A stretch of DNA of 64,000 nt from Escherichia coli (GTDB lineage: Bacteria > Pseudomonadota > Gammaproteobacteria > Enterobacterales > Enterobacteriaceae): assembly GCF_003018255.1 (NCBI RefSeq), contig NZ_CP027440.1; one strand, written 5' to 3'. Positions 24,615 through 35,268 of this stretch are shown here, in pieces. The translations under genes and the position numbers were made by a program. Within the stretch, counting starts at the first letter, position 1. Each line of letters begins with the position of its first letter. The notes under the pieces are model-generated. The model was not told the DNA's origin. It made no database searches and was given only the letters and a program-made list of their open reading frames with translations.

Positions 24615-26255
24615 ATGGAATCTAATAATGGGGAAGCCAAAATCCAGAAAGTGAAGAACTGGTCTCCCGTGTGGATATTTCCTATCGTCACGGCGCTCAT
24701 TGGGGCCTGGGTTCTTTTTTATCATTACAGCCATCAGGGGCCGGAAGTGACCCTGATCACCGCGAATGCGGAAGGAATAGAAGGTGGTAAAACCACCATT
24801 AAAAGCCGTAGCGTTGACGTCGGCGTGGTTGAAAGCGCCACACTGGCTGATGATTTGACGCACGTTGAAATCAAAGCGCGGCTGAATTCCGGTATGGAAA
24901 AATTGCTGCATAAAGATACCGTCTTTTGGGTGGTGAAACCGCAGATTGGTCGAGAAGGGATTAGCGGCCTGGGAACGCTGCTGTCTGGTGTTTATATCGA
25001 ACTGCAGCCAGGCGCGAAAGGCAGCAAAATGGATAAATACGATTTGCTGGACTCACCACCGTTGGCCCCGCCTGATGCGAAAGGTATCCGTGTGATTCTC
25101 GATAGCAAAAAAGCCGGGCAGCTCTCGCCAGGAGATCCCGTGCTGTTCCGTGGCTATCGGGTAGGTTCGGTTGAAACCAGCACCTTTGATACGCAAAAAC
25201 GCAATATCAGCTATCAACTGTTCATCAATGCACCTTATGACCGACTGGTGACCAGCAATGTTCGCTTCTGGAAAGATAGTGGCATTGCGGTTGATTTGAC
25301 GTCAGCGGGAATGCGTGTGGAGATGGGTTCATTGACAACGCTGCTTAGTGGCGGTGTCAGCTTTGATGTGCCGGAAGGTCTGGATTTAGGGCAGCCAGTG
25401 GCACCGAAAACAGCTTTCGTTTTGTATGATGATCAGAAGAGCATTCAGGATTCGTTGTACACCGATCACATTGATTATCTGATGTTCTTTAAAGATTCGG
25501 TACGCGGTCTGCAACCGGGAGCTCCGGTAGAATTCCGGGGTATTCGCCTGGGTACCGTAAGCAAAGTGCCATTCTTTGCGCCGAATATGCGTCAGACATT
25601 TAACGATGATTACCGTATTCCGGTACTGATTCGTATCGAGCCAGAGCGGCTGAAAATGCAGCTTGGCGAAAATGCGGATGTTGTTGAGCACCTTGGCGAA
25701 TTGTTGAAACGTGGTTTACGCGGATCGCTGAAAACCGGAAACCTGGTCACTGGCGCACTGTATGTTGATCTCGATTTCTATCCAAATACGCCTGCAATAA
25801 CCGGTATTCGTGAATTTAATGGTTATCAGATTATCCCGACCGTTAGCGGCGGTCTGGCGCAAATCCAGCAACGACTGATGGAAGCGTTGGATAAGATCAA
25901 CAAACTGCCATTGAATCCGATGATTGAACAGGCAACCAGTACGCTTTCTGAAAGTCAGCGCACAATGAAAAACCTGCAAACGACGCTGGATAGCATGAAC
26001 AAGATCCTCGCCAGCCAGTCGATGCAGCAGCTGCCGACGGATATGCAGTCAACGTTGCGTGAATTGAATCGCAGCATGCAGGGCTTCCAGCCTGGCTCCG
26101 CAGCCTACAACAAGATGGTGGCGGATATGCAGCGCCTTGATCAGGTGTTGCGAGAACTGCAACCGGTGCTGAAAACGCTCAATGAGAAGAGTAACGCGCT
26201 GGTATTTGAAGCGAAGGACAAAAAAGATCCAGAGCCGAAGAGGGCGAAACAATGA
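24615..26255 (+). CDS. pqiB: MCE-domain envelope-spanning protein PqiB
   Basis: ORF track 24555..26255; start at ATG 24615 giving MESNNGEAKIQKVKNWSPVW. Confidence 0.93.
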   Translation: MESNNGEAKIQKVKNWSPVWIFPIVTALIGAWVLFYHYSHQGPEVTLITANAEGIEGGKTTIKSRSVDVGVVESATLADDLTHVEIKARLNSGMEKLLHKDTVFWVVKPQIGREGISGLGTLLSGVYIELQPGAKGSKMDKYDLLDSPPLAPPDAKGIRVILDSKKAGQLSPGDPVLFRGYRVGSVETSTFDTQKRNISYQLFINAPYDRLVTSNVRFWKDSGIAVDLTSAGMRVEMGSLTTLLSGGVSFDVPEGLDLGQPVAPKTAFVLYDDQKSIQDSLYTDHIDYLMFFKDSVRGLQPGAPVEFRGIRLGTVSKVPFFAPNMRQTFNDDYRIPVLIRIEPERLKMQLGENADVVEHLGELLKRGLRGSLKTGNLVTGALYVDLDFYPNTPAITGIREFNGYQIIPTVSGGLAQIQQRLMEALDKINKLPLNPMIEQATSTLSESQRTMKNLQTTLDSMNKILASQSMQQLPTDMQSTLRELNRSMQGFQPGSAAYNKMVADMQRLDQVLRELQPVLKTLNEKSNALVFEAKDKKDPEPKRAKQ

Positions 26256-26815
26256 AAAAGTGGCTAGTGACGATTGCGGCACTGTGGCTGGCCGGATGCA
26301 GCTCCGGCGAAATTAATAAAAACTATTACCAGTTACCTGTGGTGCAGAGCGGTACACAAAGCACCGCCAGCCAGGGTAATCGCCTGTTATGGGTTGAGCA
26401 GGTCGCTGTTCCTGACTATCTGGCGGGGAATGGTGTGGTTTATCAAACCAGTGATGTGAAGTATGTGATTGCCAACAACAACCTGTGGGCCAGCCCGTTG
26501 GATCAACAGTTGCGCAACACTCTGGTTGCCAACCTGAGCACGCAACTGCCCGGCTGGGTGGTTGCCTCCCAGCCTCTGGGAAGCGCCCAGGATACGCTCA
26601 ATGTTACCGTAACGGAGTTTAACGGGCGATATGATGGCAAGGTCATTGTCAGTGGTGAGTGGCTGTTGAACCACCAGGGACAACTGATCAAACGTCCGTT
26701 CCGTCTGGAAGGGGTGCAAACTCAGGATGGTTACGATGAAATGGTTAAAGTGCTGGCCAGTGTCTGGAGTCAGGAAGCCGCTTCTATTGCGCAAGAGATA
26801 AAGCGTCTACCGTAA
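26252..26815 (+). CDS. pqiC: lipoprotein PqiC (YmbA)
   Basis: 187 aa; lipobox LAGCSS; 4-nt overlap with pqiB. Confidence 0.9.
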   Translation: MKKWLVTIAALWLAGCSSGEINKNYYQLPVVQSGTQSTASQGNRLLWVEQVAVPDYLAGNGVVYQTSDVKYVIANNNLWASPLDQQLRNTLVANLSTQLPGWVVASQPLGSAQDTLNVTVTEFNGRYDGKVIVSGEWLLNHQGQLIKRPFRLEGVQTQDGYDEMVKVLASVWSQEAASIAQEIKRLP

Positions 26816-26837
26816 TCATAAAGATTTGTAAATATAA

Positions 26838-26876
26838 CCGTCTCCGGTATGTTGCCTGAGGCGGTTTTTTTGTTTC
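26838..26876 (+). terminator. probable rho-independent terminator after pqiC
   Basis: imperfect GC-rich stem ending in ggcggttttttt. Confidence 0.5.
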
Positions 26877-27070
26877 TAAGGTGCGGAAAAAGTTGTTCCT
26901 CTTCACATTTTTTGTACAACTGACATGCCCGTGTAGCTCACAAATATGACAGTGGCGTGAATTTTGCGCATTGACGGCAGTTATGATTCGCGGTATTGCT
27001 TAACTGTGATTGCACATTTAGTAATCACTGTTTTCTTTTCCACCAGAAACCAGTATGAGGGAAACGAGGC

Positions 27071-27238
27071 ATGAAGAGACAAAAACGAGATCGCCTGGAA
27101 CGGGCACATCAACGTGGTTATCAGGCCGGCATCGCCGGACGCTCAAAAGAAATGTGTCCCTATCAGACGCTGAATCAAAGGTCACAATGGCTGGGAGGCT
27201 GGCGAGAAGCCATGGCGGACAGGGTAGTAATGGCCTGA
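27071..27238 (+). CDS. rmf: ribosome modulation factor (55 aa; below the ORF-track size cutoff)
   Basis: read directly from DNA: MKRQKRDRLERAHQRGYQAGIAGRSKEMCPYQTLNQRSQWLGGWREAMADRVVMA. Confidence 0.93.
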   Translation: MKRQKRDRLERAHQRGYQAGIAGRSKEMCPYQTLNQRSQWLGGWREAMADRVVMA

Positions 27239-27249
27239 TTCTGTCTCTT

Positions 27250-27287
27250 TAAAAAGAAACCTCCGCATTGCGGAGGTTTCGCCTTTT
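27250..27287. terminator. bidirectional terminator between rmf and fabA
   Basis: stem aaacctccgc-attg-cggaggtttc with A-run 5' and T-run 3'. Confidence 0.75.
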
Positions 27288-27307
27288 GATACTCTGTCTG
27301 ATTATAA

Positions 27308-27826
27308 TCAGAAGGCAGACGTATCCTGGAACAGACCGACTTTCAGGTCGCTGGCGGTATAGATCAGACGACCATCAACCAGCACTTCGCCATCTGCCAG
27401 ACCCATAATCAGACGTCGATTAACAATGCGTTTAAAGTGAATACGGTAGGTCACTTTTTTCGCTGTCGGCAGTACCTGACCGGTGAATTTCACTTCGCCA
27501 ACGCCCAGCGCGCGGCCTTTACCTTCGCCGCCCAGCCAGCCGAGGTAGAACCCTACCAGCTGCCACATTGCGTCCAGGCCCAGGCATCCCGGCATAACCG
27601 GATCGCCAATGAAGTGGCATCCGAAGAACCACAGATCCGGATTGATATCCAGTTCTGCTTCAACATACCCTTTGTCGAAGTTACCACCCGTTTCGGTCAT
27701 TTTGACCACACGGTCCATCATCAGCATGTTCGGTGCTGGCAATTGCGGGCCTTTAGCGCCAAACAGTTCACCGCGACCAGAGGCAAGAAGGTCTTCTTTT
27801 GTATAGGATTCGCGTTTATCTACCAT
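27308..27826 (-). CDS. fabA: 3-hydroxydecanoyl-ACP dehydratase/isomerase
   Basis: ORF track 27308..28024; start at ATG giving [23 protein letters not shown]; 172 aa. Confidence 0.95.
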
Positions 27827-27894
27827 GTTCTCTGTAAGCCTTATTTTATTGAAGCACGCAGGATAGCTAACACGTGTACGCTGAACAAGTCCGA

Positions 27895-29655
27895 TCAGTT
27901 CGGAATAAACCAGTTCAGCCAACGCAATGGCCATGGAAAACGGTGACGTCCTTCCTGTTGCGATGCTTGCGCGATACGTTCCTGGATGGTTTGCATCAGC
28001 GTCGTTTGGCCTTCGCCATCCCACACCAGATTTAATAATAACGGCAGTGCGTCAGTCACATCGTCTACTGCCCAGATGGTGAATTTGCCTTCTTCTACCG
28101 CTTTCACCAGTTCACTGTGAAGACTTAAATGGCGAATGTTAGCAGTGGGGATAATGACACCTTGTTTCCCGGTTAACTCACGTTGCTGGCAAATAGCAAA
28201 GAAGCCTTCGATTTTCTCATTTAAACCACCGACCGGCTGGGCACGACCGAACTGATCGACTGAACCTGTGATAGCGATACTCTGATTCACCGGCACATCG
28301 GCGAGGGCGCTTATCAGGGCGCAGAGTTCAGCCATCGAGGCACTATCGCCATCCACTTCACTGTATGACTGCTCAAATGTCAGCGATGCTGAGAAGGGGA
28401 TCTGTTGCTCAAGCTGTAGTTCCGACATCAGGAACGCCTGCATGATCATCATCCCTTTCGCATGGATATTGCCGCCAAGCTCCGCTTTGCGTTCGATGTC
28501 GGTGAACTCACCATCGCCAATATGCACAACGCAGCTAATGCGAGAAGGTTCGCCAAAAGCGCGTGGATGACCCGGAAATTCAATGACCGAAAGGGCGTTA
28601 ATTTGCCCGATGCGTTCGCCTTCGGTTTCAATCAGGATTTGCTCCTGAAGAATCTCATCCTGCATGCGTTCAGCGAGGAAACCTTCACGCCATTCACGCT
28701 GCTGCAGCATTAAGTTTAGCTGCTCGCCGGAGAAGGTGTCGCCATCGCACAGGGAGGCGACCTCTTTACACTGGCGGAGGATCCACTGCGGGCTAAGCGG
28801 AAGTGTTTCTTGTTCACCGGTGTAGCGGGCTGCTTCGCGGATAAGTACCGGCCAGGCATCCGCTCCCGGTGCAGGTAAGTGATTATGTCTTGCGGTCAAT
28901 GTTACCCAGCGACACCACTGGCTTACTGACTCCGCATCGACAATCTGCAGAGTATCTTCAAATTCGCTATAAATAGCCTGCTCTGAAAGCTCTGGTTCCA
29001 TCTCCTGGAAATCAGCCAATGATTCGCGTTCGCCTACCAGAATGACTTTCAGCTTCAATGGCATCGAAGGCACAGAGACGGGGAGAGGGCGCGACTCATC
29101 AAACGCAACCCAGTCAAAACGCTCGCGGTTAACGATATTTTTCAGCCGCATCCACAGCAGAGGTTGCGCCAGCAGTGTACGCAAAGAGATGATGAGAATA
29201 CCGCCATTTGCCTGATGCACCAGACCTGGCTGCAGGGTAATGTCGCCATTAAACTGGCGCAGGCAGCCAAAGAGTTGTTCCGCTTCTACCCAGTCGGCAG
29301 CGACAACTTGCGTTAAAGTCGCAAAATTATCATCTGCACTCACTGCGTTACGTAAGCGGATGGTGTGCCCGGAAACCTCATAGTGACCGCCCACCAGTTG
29401 GCCTGCATCGCTTTGTAGCGCACGCGCGGCATCGGCAATAAGATTCAGATACTCAGACTCTTCCGGGGCCTTCGCCAGCATAAAAGAGGAGGATGCTCGC
29501 GTATGCAGCAACTGCTCCAGCGCAAATTGCAGTCGCGGTTGAGTATCACTGAATAAAGGATCGTTTTCGTCAATCAAATGTGGCTGAGCAAATATTTCCT
29601 GATAGCTATCGGTATCAGGAACCAGGTCACGCCATGCAAGTTTCGTAATGGTCAA
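27895..29655 (-). CDS. ycbZ: Lon protease homolog YcbZ (LonH)
   Basis: 586 aa; sequence recognised, Lon-like C-terminal protease domain. Confidence 0.88.
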
Positions 29656-29840
29656 AGTTGATGTTTTTTAGTCTGTTGTCAAAGCCGCGATTATACCGTA
29701 ACCGGCACTACAGCACACGTAGAAAGCACCGACAATACTCCTGGCATGGGCGTTAAAGCTCACAGGATGGAGATTCTTTTCTTCACTGGCCCAAAAAGCT
29801 GATATTCTGTAAAGAGTTACACGGTAACATTGAGATCGCT

Positions 29841-30293
29841 ATGAAATATCAACAACTTGAAAATCTTGAAAGCGGTTGGAAATGGAAGTATCTGGTGAAG
29901 AAGCACCGCGAAGGGGAGTTAATCACCCGTTACATAGAAGCCAGTGCCGCCCAGGAAGCCGTCGATGTGTTGCTCTCGCTGGAAAATGAACCCGTGCTGG
30001 TAAATGGCTGGATTGACAAGCATATGAATCCGGAACTGGTCAATCGCATGAAGCAAACCATTCGGGCCAGACGGAAGCGCCATTTTAATGCGGAACATCA
30101 GCATACGCGCAAAAAATCGATCGATCTGGAATTTATTGTCTGGCAACGTCTGGCTGGTCTTGCGCAGCGTCGCGGTAAAACGCTTTCTGAAACGATTGTT
30201 CAGCTGATTGAAGATGCGGAAAACAAAGAGAAATACGCGAATAAAATGTCTTCTTTGAAGCAGGATCTGCAGGCATTGCTGGGTAAGGAATAA
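29841..30293 (+). CDS. matP: macrodomain Ter protein MatP (YcbG)
   Basis: 150 aa; [26 protein letters not shown]. Confidence 0.92.
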
Positions 30294-30325
30294 CTGACGA
30301 AAGTCAGTTCAATTTTCTAAAGACG

Positions 30326-30356
30326 AAAAAAAACCCCGCAGCAGCGGGGTTTTTTA
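30326..30356. terminator. bidirectional terminator between matP and ompA
   Basis: aaaaaaaaccccgc-agca-gcggggtttttta. Confidence 0.8.
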
Positions 30357-30368
30357 CCAGACGAGAAC

Positions 30369-31421
30369 TTAAGCCTGCGGCTGAGTTACAACGTCTTTGA
30401 TGCCTTTAACTTCGATCTCTACGCGACGATCCGGAGCCAGGCAATCGATCAGTGCAGCACGCTGTTTCACGTTGTCACAGGTGTTGCCAGTAACCGGGTT
30501 GGATTCGCCCATACCACGTGCGGAGATTTTGTCTGCCGGGATACCTTTAGAGATCAGGTAATCAACAACGGACTGAGCACGACGCTCGGACAGAGCCTGG
30601 TTATAAGCGTCAGAACCGATGCGGTCAGTGTAACCCAGAACAACTACGGAACCGTCTTTCGGATCCAGGTTGCTCAGCTGGCTGTACAGCTGATCCAGAG
30701 CAGCCTGACCTTCCGGTTTCAGGGTTGCTTTGTTGAAGGTGAACAGAACGTCAGACTTCAGAGTGAAGTGCTTGGTCTGTACTTCCGGTGCCGGAGCTGG
30801 AGCCGGAGCAACTACTGGAGCTGCTTCGCCCTGACCGAAACGGTAGGAAACACCCAGGCTCAGCATGCCGTTGTCCGGACGAGTGCCGATGGTGTGTGCA
30901 TCACCGATGTTGTTGGTCCACTGGTATTCCAGACGGGTAGCGATTTCAGGAGTGATCGCATACTCAACACCGCCAGCGAAGACCGGAGAAACGCCGGTGT
31001 CGTGGTCTTTAAAGGATGCGCCACCAGGTACGTTAGCCTTGGTGTCTGCACGCCATACCATACCACCCAGACGAGTGTAGATGTCCAGATCGTCAGTGAT
31101 TGGGTAACCCAGTTTAGCGGTCAGCTGAACGCCCTGAGCTTTGTATGCGCCGTTGATGTTGTCGCCTTTGTACGGCATACGACCTAACCAGTCGTAACCC
31201 ATTTCAAAGCCAACATACGGGTTAACCTGGTAACCACCAAAAGCACCTGCACCCAGTTGGTTTTCGTGGGTCGGACCATTGTTAGGAATAAAACCAGTGT
31301 CATGGTACTGGGACCAGCCCAGTTTAGCACCAGTGTACCAGGTGTTATCTTTCGGAGCGGCCTGCGCTACGGTAGCGAAACCAGCCAGTGCCACTGCAAT
31401 CGCGATAGCTGTCTTTTTCAT
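30369..31421 (-). CDS. ompA: outer membrane protein A (variant surface-loop allele)
   Basis: ORF track 30369..31508; start at ATG giving [21 protein letters not shown]; APAPAPAP hinge and OmpA-like C-terminal domain. Confidence 0.95.
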   Translation of the reverse strand: MKKTAIAIAVALAGFATVAQAAPKDNTWYTGAKLGWSQYHDTGFIPNNGPTHENQLGAGAFGGYQVNPYVGFEMGYDWLGRMPYKGDNINGAYKAQGVQLTAKLGYPITDDLDIYTRLGGMVWRADTKANVPGGASFKDHDTGVSPVFAGGVEYAITPEIATRLEYQWTNNIGDAHTIGTRPDNGMLSLGVSYRFGQGEAAPVVAPAPAPAPEVQTKHFTLKSDVLFTFNKATLKPEGQAALDQLYSQLSNLDPKDGSVVVLGYTDRIGSDAYNQALSERRAQSVVDYLISKGIPADKISARGMGESNPVTGNTCDNVKQRAALIDCLAPDRRVEIEVKGIKDVVTQPQA

Positions 31422-31776
31422 TTTTTGCGCCTCGTTATCATCCAAAATACGCCATGAATATCTCCAACGAGATAACACGGTTAAATCCTTCACCGGGGAT
31501 CTGCTCAATATTAACTCTACCGATATCTTCGGCTTATGCCGAGCACCCCTGGCGATGTAAAGTCTACAACGTAGTTGAAAACTTACAAGTGTGAACTCCG
31601 TCAGGCATATGAAAAAAAAGTCTTGTATAAGGTACGTTTAATCTTTTTTGTCAGCGACAATTTACAGAAGAAAATCGCGGAAACCGCTTCAGACAAGCCT
31701 CCGCAAGGAAAATTAGTCACGACTGAAAGCATTGGCTGGGCGACAAAAAAAGTTCCAGGATTAATCCTAAATTTAC

Positions 31777-32286
31777 TTAATGATACAAATTAGAGTGAAT
31801 TTTTAGCCCGGAAAGTTGTCTCGTTGCGTGAGAGGATGCGCTTACCGGACGCATAATAAACCCCATAGCGTTACCTTCATTTGCCGCATCAACAAGTTCA
31901 GCATGCTCTTCTGCAGTCAAATCATCTGCCAACCAACCGATCACCACGCTGTAATTGCCCGTGCGTAAAGCGCGAACCATTGACTCCACGGTGTGGCAAG
32001 GGGAGAGCTGGCTAATCTGCATTACTTTCGTTAAGGGTAGCCCAGATGCCTGAACCCATTCGCGACTCAGTTTTTGTTGCGGTGTTAACCAGAGTTGCCA
32101 GCGCGATTGCTGACCGAGTTGCTGTAACAATGGCAACAGTAGAAGTTGCGTCATCATGGGCTGATCTTCGCGATAGACAACTTCACTGATAAGCCCGGCT
32201 GTAGTGTTTTCCGTAGAGACACGCGCAATTTTACTTGCTGCGGATGAGAACGACGAAGAACGATGTGCATAGCCTGAAGTGTACAT
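31777..32286 (-). CDS. sulA: SOS cell division inhibitor SulA
   Basis: ORF track 31777..32292; start giving [20 protein letters not shown]. Confidence 0.95.
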   Translation of the reverse strand: MYTSGYAHRSSSFSSAASKIARVSTENTTAGLISEVVYREDQPMMTQLLLLPLLQQLGQQSRWQLWLTPQQKLSREWVQASGLPLTKVMQISQLSPCHTVESMVRALRTGNYSVVIGWLADDLTAEEHAELVDAANEGNAMGFIMRPVSASSHATRQLSGLKIHSNLYH

Positions 32287-32308
32287 AATCAATCCAGCCC
32301 CTGTGAGT

Positions 32309-32328
32309 TACTGTATGAATGTACAGTA
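32309..32328. promoter_or_regulatory. LexA operator (SOS box) of sulA
   Basis: taCTGTatgaatgtACAGta, a near-perfect CTGT-N8-ACAG palindrome 23 bp upstream of sulA start. Confidence 0.85.
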
Positions 32329-32504
32329 CATCCAGTGACGACAAAGATCAACTCTATTTTCGGAAAGAGCCTCGCAAATTTTGTCGTTGGTGACGGGAAA
32401 ACATAAATTAATCTTGCCCCTTAAGAATAAGTTGCCTATTTTCGTAGTTAACGGATCCGTTAATGTGAATCATTCTTTTATGTTATGATTTTAAAAGGAA
32501 TTTT

Positions 32505-33134
32505 ATGAAAAGCCTCTCCTATAAGCGGATCTATAAATCACAAGAATACCTGGCAACGTTGGGCACAATTGAATACCGATCATTGTTTGGTAGTTACAGC
32601 CTGACCGTTGACGACACGGTGTTTGCGATGGTTTCTGATGGTGAGTTGTATCTTCGGGCTTGTGAGCAAAGTGCACAGTACTGTGTAAAACATCCGCCTG
32701 TCTGGCTGACATATAAAAAGTGTGGCCGATCCGTTACCCTCAATTACTATCGGGTTGATGAAAGTCTATGGCGAAATCAACTGAAGCTGGTGCGTCTGTC
32801 GAAATATTCTCTCGATGCAGCGCTGAAAGAGAAAAGCACGCGCAATACCCGGGAAAGACTGAAAGATTTGCCCAATATGTCTTTTCATCTGGAAGCGATT
32901 CTCGGGGAGGTGGGGATTAAGGATGTACGGGCGTTACGTATACTTGGGGCAAAAATGTGTTGGTTGCGACTGCGGCAGCAAAACAGTCTGGTGACAGAAA
33001 AGATTCTGTTTATGCTTGAAGGGGCCATTATCGGTATTCATGAAGCTGCGCTCCCGGTGGCACGCCGCCAGGAGCTTGCAGAATGGGCTGACTCTCTTAC
33101 GCCAAAACAGGAGTTTCCTGCGGAACTTGAGTAA
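32505..33134 (+). CDS. sxy: competence regulator Sxy/TfoX
   Basis: 209 aa; MKSLSYKRIYKSQEYLATLGTIEYRSLFGSYSL. Confidence 0.92.
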   Translation: MKSLSYKRIYKSQEYLATLGTIEYRSLFGSYSLTVDDTVFAMVSDGELYLRACEQSAQYCVKHPPVWLTYKKCGRSVTLNYYRVDESLWRNQLKLVRLSKYSLDAALKEKSTRNTRERLKDLPNMSFHLEAILGEVGIKDVRALRILGAKMCWLRLRQQNSLVTEKILFMLEGAIIGIHEAALPVARRQELAEWADSLTPKQEFPAELE

Positions 33135-35250
33135 TCTGGCGTTGCAGACGACCAATCTCTGGCAGTAATGCAATCAATAACCCAACTTGTTGTACGACCA
33201 GAGGTTCTTTGCTGTCTGCCCGTGGTTCAAGTTGCTGCATCCGCTGTTTCAGGCCAGCTAATGCCTGATTGACGCGTTCTTCATCAGCAGGTTGATGATG
33301 TAGCGCGTCATCAACATAGCAAACTGCGTCATCAAGAAACGCCAGAATTTCAGGATTAGTTAACTGCTCCCGGTGAGCACCGAGGGCTGAGATATAGCTG
33401 GTAAACGTATGGTTAAGGCACAGCAACCGAAACGCGGCTTCGCGAATTTGCGGGGTAACGTTCGGTTCGCTGGACATATTTGATACCACCGACGCCAGTT
33501 CAGCATCACGGTTGTGTGCATCGCGGCGGGCAATACGATACGCCAGACGGTTATCACGCCCCTGATGGTATTGTTCCAGTATGGCATCGAGATACCGGCA
33601 GTTGGCCTCTGTGGCGCGTTCGAGCATTCGCGGCAGATTGCGAAACTTCCAGTCAGGCCAGATGTAGCTCACTGCCGCCCACGCAATGGCACAACCAATC
33701 AGCGTATCGATTACGCGAGGTAACGCCACTTCAAAACCTTCACCCAGCAAGTTGAAACACAGTAGCACCAAAAGTGTGATGAACATCGTTGCATGGGCGT
33801 ATTGCACGTTACGGAAGGCAAAAAAGAGCACGCCGGTAATAACCAGCAGCACCAGCTGCCCTTCCAGTGATGGCACAAACCACAGCACAGGAATACCAAT
33901 TGCGATACCTACCAGCGTACCAATAATCCTTAACTTCAGGCGGTGGCGCGTGGCGTTATAGTTTGGCTGGCAGACAAACAAACTTGTCAGCAAGATCCAA
34001 TACCCGTGATGCATTCCGGTTATCTGAATGATGGCGTAGCCGAAGCACAACACCAGCGACATTCTTACCGCATGACGGAAGAGGGCGGATTCCGGCGTGA
34101 AGTGACGGCTAAGACGCAGCCAGATATCACTCAATCCGTGCGGGCTGTCATCAGCGAGCTCATTTTCGTCATTATTATGGGGCAGTGCCTGGGCCTGTTC
34201 TGATTCAATTGTTGCCAGTTGGGCATCAATGGCACGTAAATTGTTCAGTAAAAATCCCAGTGTTTTGAGTAAATCAGCAGGAGCGCCGTTATCGCGCATC
34301 CGCTCCAGCGCAGCATCAATATGCGTAAAAGCGCGCTCAAAATGCGGATCATGTTGATAAGGCTGACGCAGCAAAATACAGCGTGACAGTTGCTGGCACG
34401 CCTGGCCCTGCATCGACATCAGCCGCTGAAAACGGAACAGCACGTCGCTGTGGCGAAAATGTTCACGCAATGTTTGATATTGAATATGAGAAGAGCTGGC
34501 ACGCTCGTGAATATCCTGTGCGACAAAGTAATAATGCAGTGTGCGACGCGTTCCTCGTTGACCACGATCGCCACGTAAGCGGGTCAGCAGCGAGAGTTTC
34601 GTCTGATTCAATGTCGCCATCAGCTGACCGTTGGCGAGAGCCAAATCGTACAGCGGTGCCTGGCTTTCATCTTCAATATCAGGATCAAACATGCGCGACT
34701 TGAGCTCAAGATAACGCGCCAGTTGTTCATAGCAACGCGCCAGGTTGTCCTGCAGCGGGCGGACCGGGAACAGCAGATGACCAATAAGTGTCAGGACGTT
34801 GTACCAGACGGCACCGGCCAGAAGATACATCGGCTGCTGATACCAGTGCTCATACAGTGATGTTCCCAACATAGTGTAAATGGCGATCAGCAATGCACCG
34901 AAGGCAATTGTTGCATAGCGTTGACCCAGACCGCCGAGCAAAATGAAGCCGCTGGTAGAGAGCGTTAAGCCAATCGCAAATAGCCAGGGCCAGGGAAACA
35001 GCAATTCTACTGAGGCCGAGGCGATAAAAAAGCAGAACAGCGTAATGATGAGGTTACGCAAACGTCCCGCCAGTCGGTCATCGAGATCGGTCAGCGCCGC
35101 TGCCACCATCCCAAGCGTCAGCGGAATCGTCAGTTTTACATCACCCAGCCACCACGGAAACGCTGTGGTTCCACAAAGCGCAATAAAAATACGCGCGTAA
35201 TACAGCCAGGCGCTGTTCCAGGTATAGCGTTTGAGCAAAGGACTTAGCAT
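33097..35250 (-). CDS. yccS: inner membrane protein YccS (putative efflux/FUSC-like transporter)
   Basis: ORF track 33097..35259 (720 aa); two in-frame ATGs 9 nt apart, so start is ambiguous (35250 or 35259). Confidence 0.88.
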   Translation of the reverse strand: MLSPLLKRYTWNSAWLYYARIFIALCGTTAFPWWLGDVKLTIPLTLGMVAAALTDLDDRLAGRLRNLIITLFCFFIASASVELLFPWPWLFAIGLTLSTSGFILLGGLGQRYATIAFGALLIAIYTMLGTSLYEHWYQQPMYLLAGAVWYNVLTLIGHLLFPVRPLQDNLARCYEQLARYLELKSRMFDPDIEDESQAPLYDLALANGQLMATLNQTKLSLLTRLRGDRGQRGTRRTLHYYFVAQDIHERASSSHIQYQTLREHFRHSDVLFRFQRLMSMQGQACQQLSRCILLRQPYQHDPHFERAFTHIDAALERMRDNGAPADLLKTLGFLLNNLRAIDAQLATIESEQAQALPHNNDENELADDSPHGLSDIWLRLSRHFTPESALFRHAVRMSLVLCFGYAIIQITGMHHGYWILLTSLFVCQPNYNATRHRLKLRIIGTLVGIAIGIPVLWFVPSLEGQLVLLVITGVLFFAFRNVQYAHATMFITLLVLLCFNLLGEGFEVALPRVIDTLIGCAIAWAAVSYIWPDWKFRNLPRMLERATEANCRYLDAILEQYHQGRDNRLAYRIARRDAHNRDAELASVVSNMSSEPNVTPQIREAAFRLLCLNHTFTSYISALGAHREQLTNPEILAFLDDAVCYVDDALHHQPADEERVNQALAGLKQRMQQLEPRADSKEPLVVQQVGLLIALLPEIGRLQRQITQVPQETPVLA

Positions 35251-35268
35251 AAAGGCCATATTAGTGGA

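Noticed and set aside
27437-27946. 169-aa ORF on the + strand
   Set aside because: Antisense to fabA and the ycbZ 5' end; no independent support.
31575-31793. 72-aa ORF in the ompA-sulA intergenic region
   Set aside because: No RBS, AT-rich promoter and leader DNA for ompA on the opposite strand; overlaps the sulA 3' end; judged non-coding.
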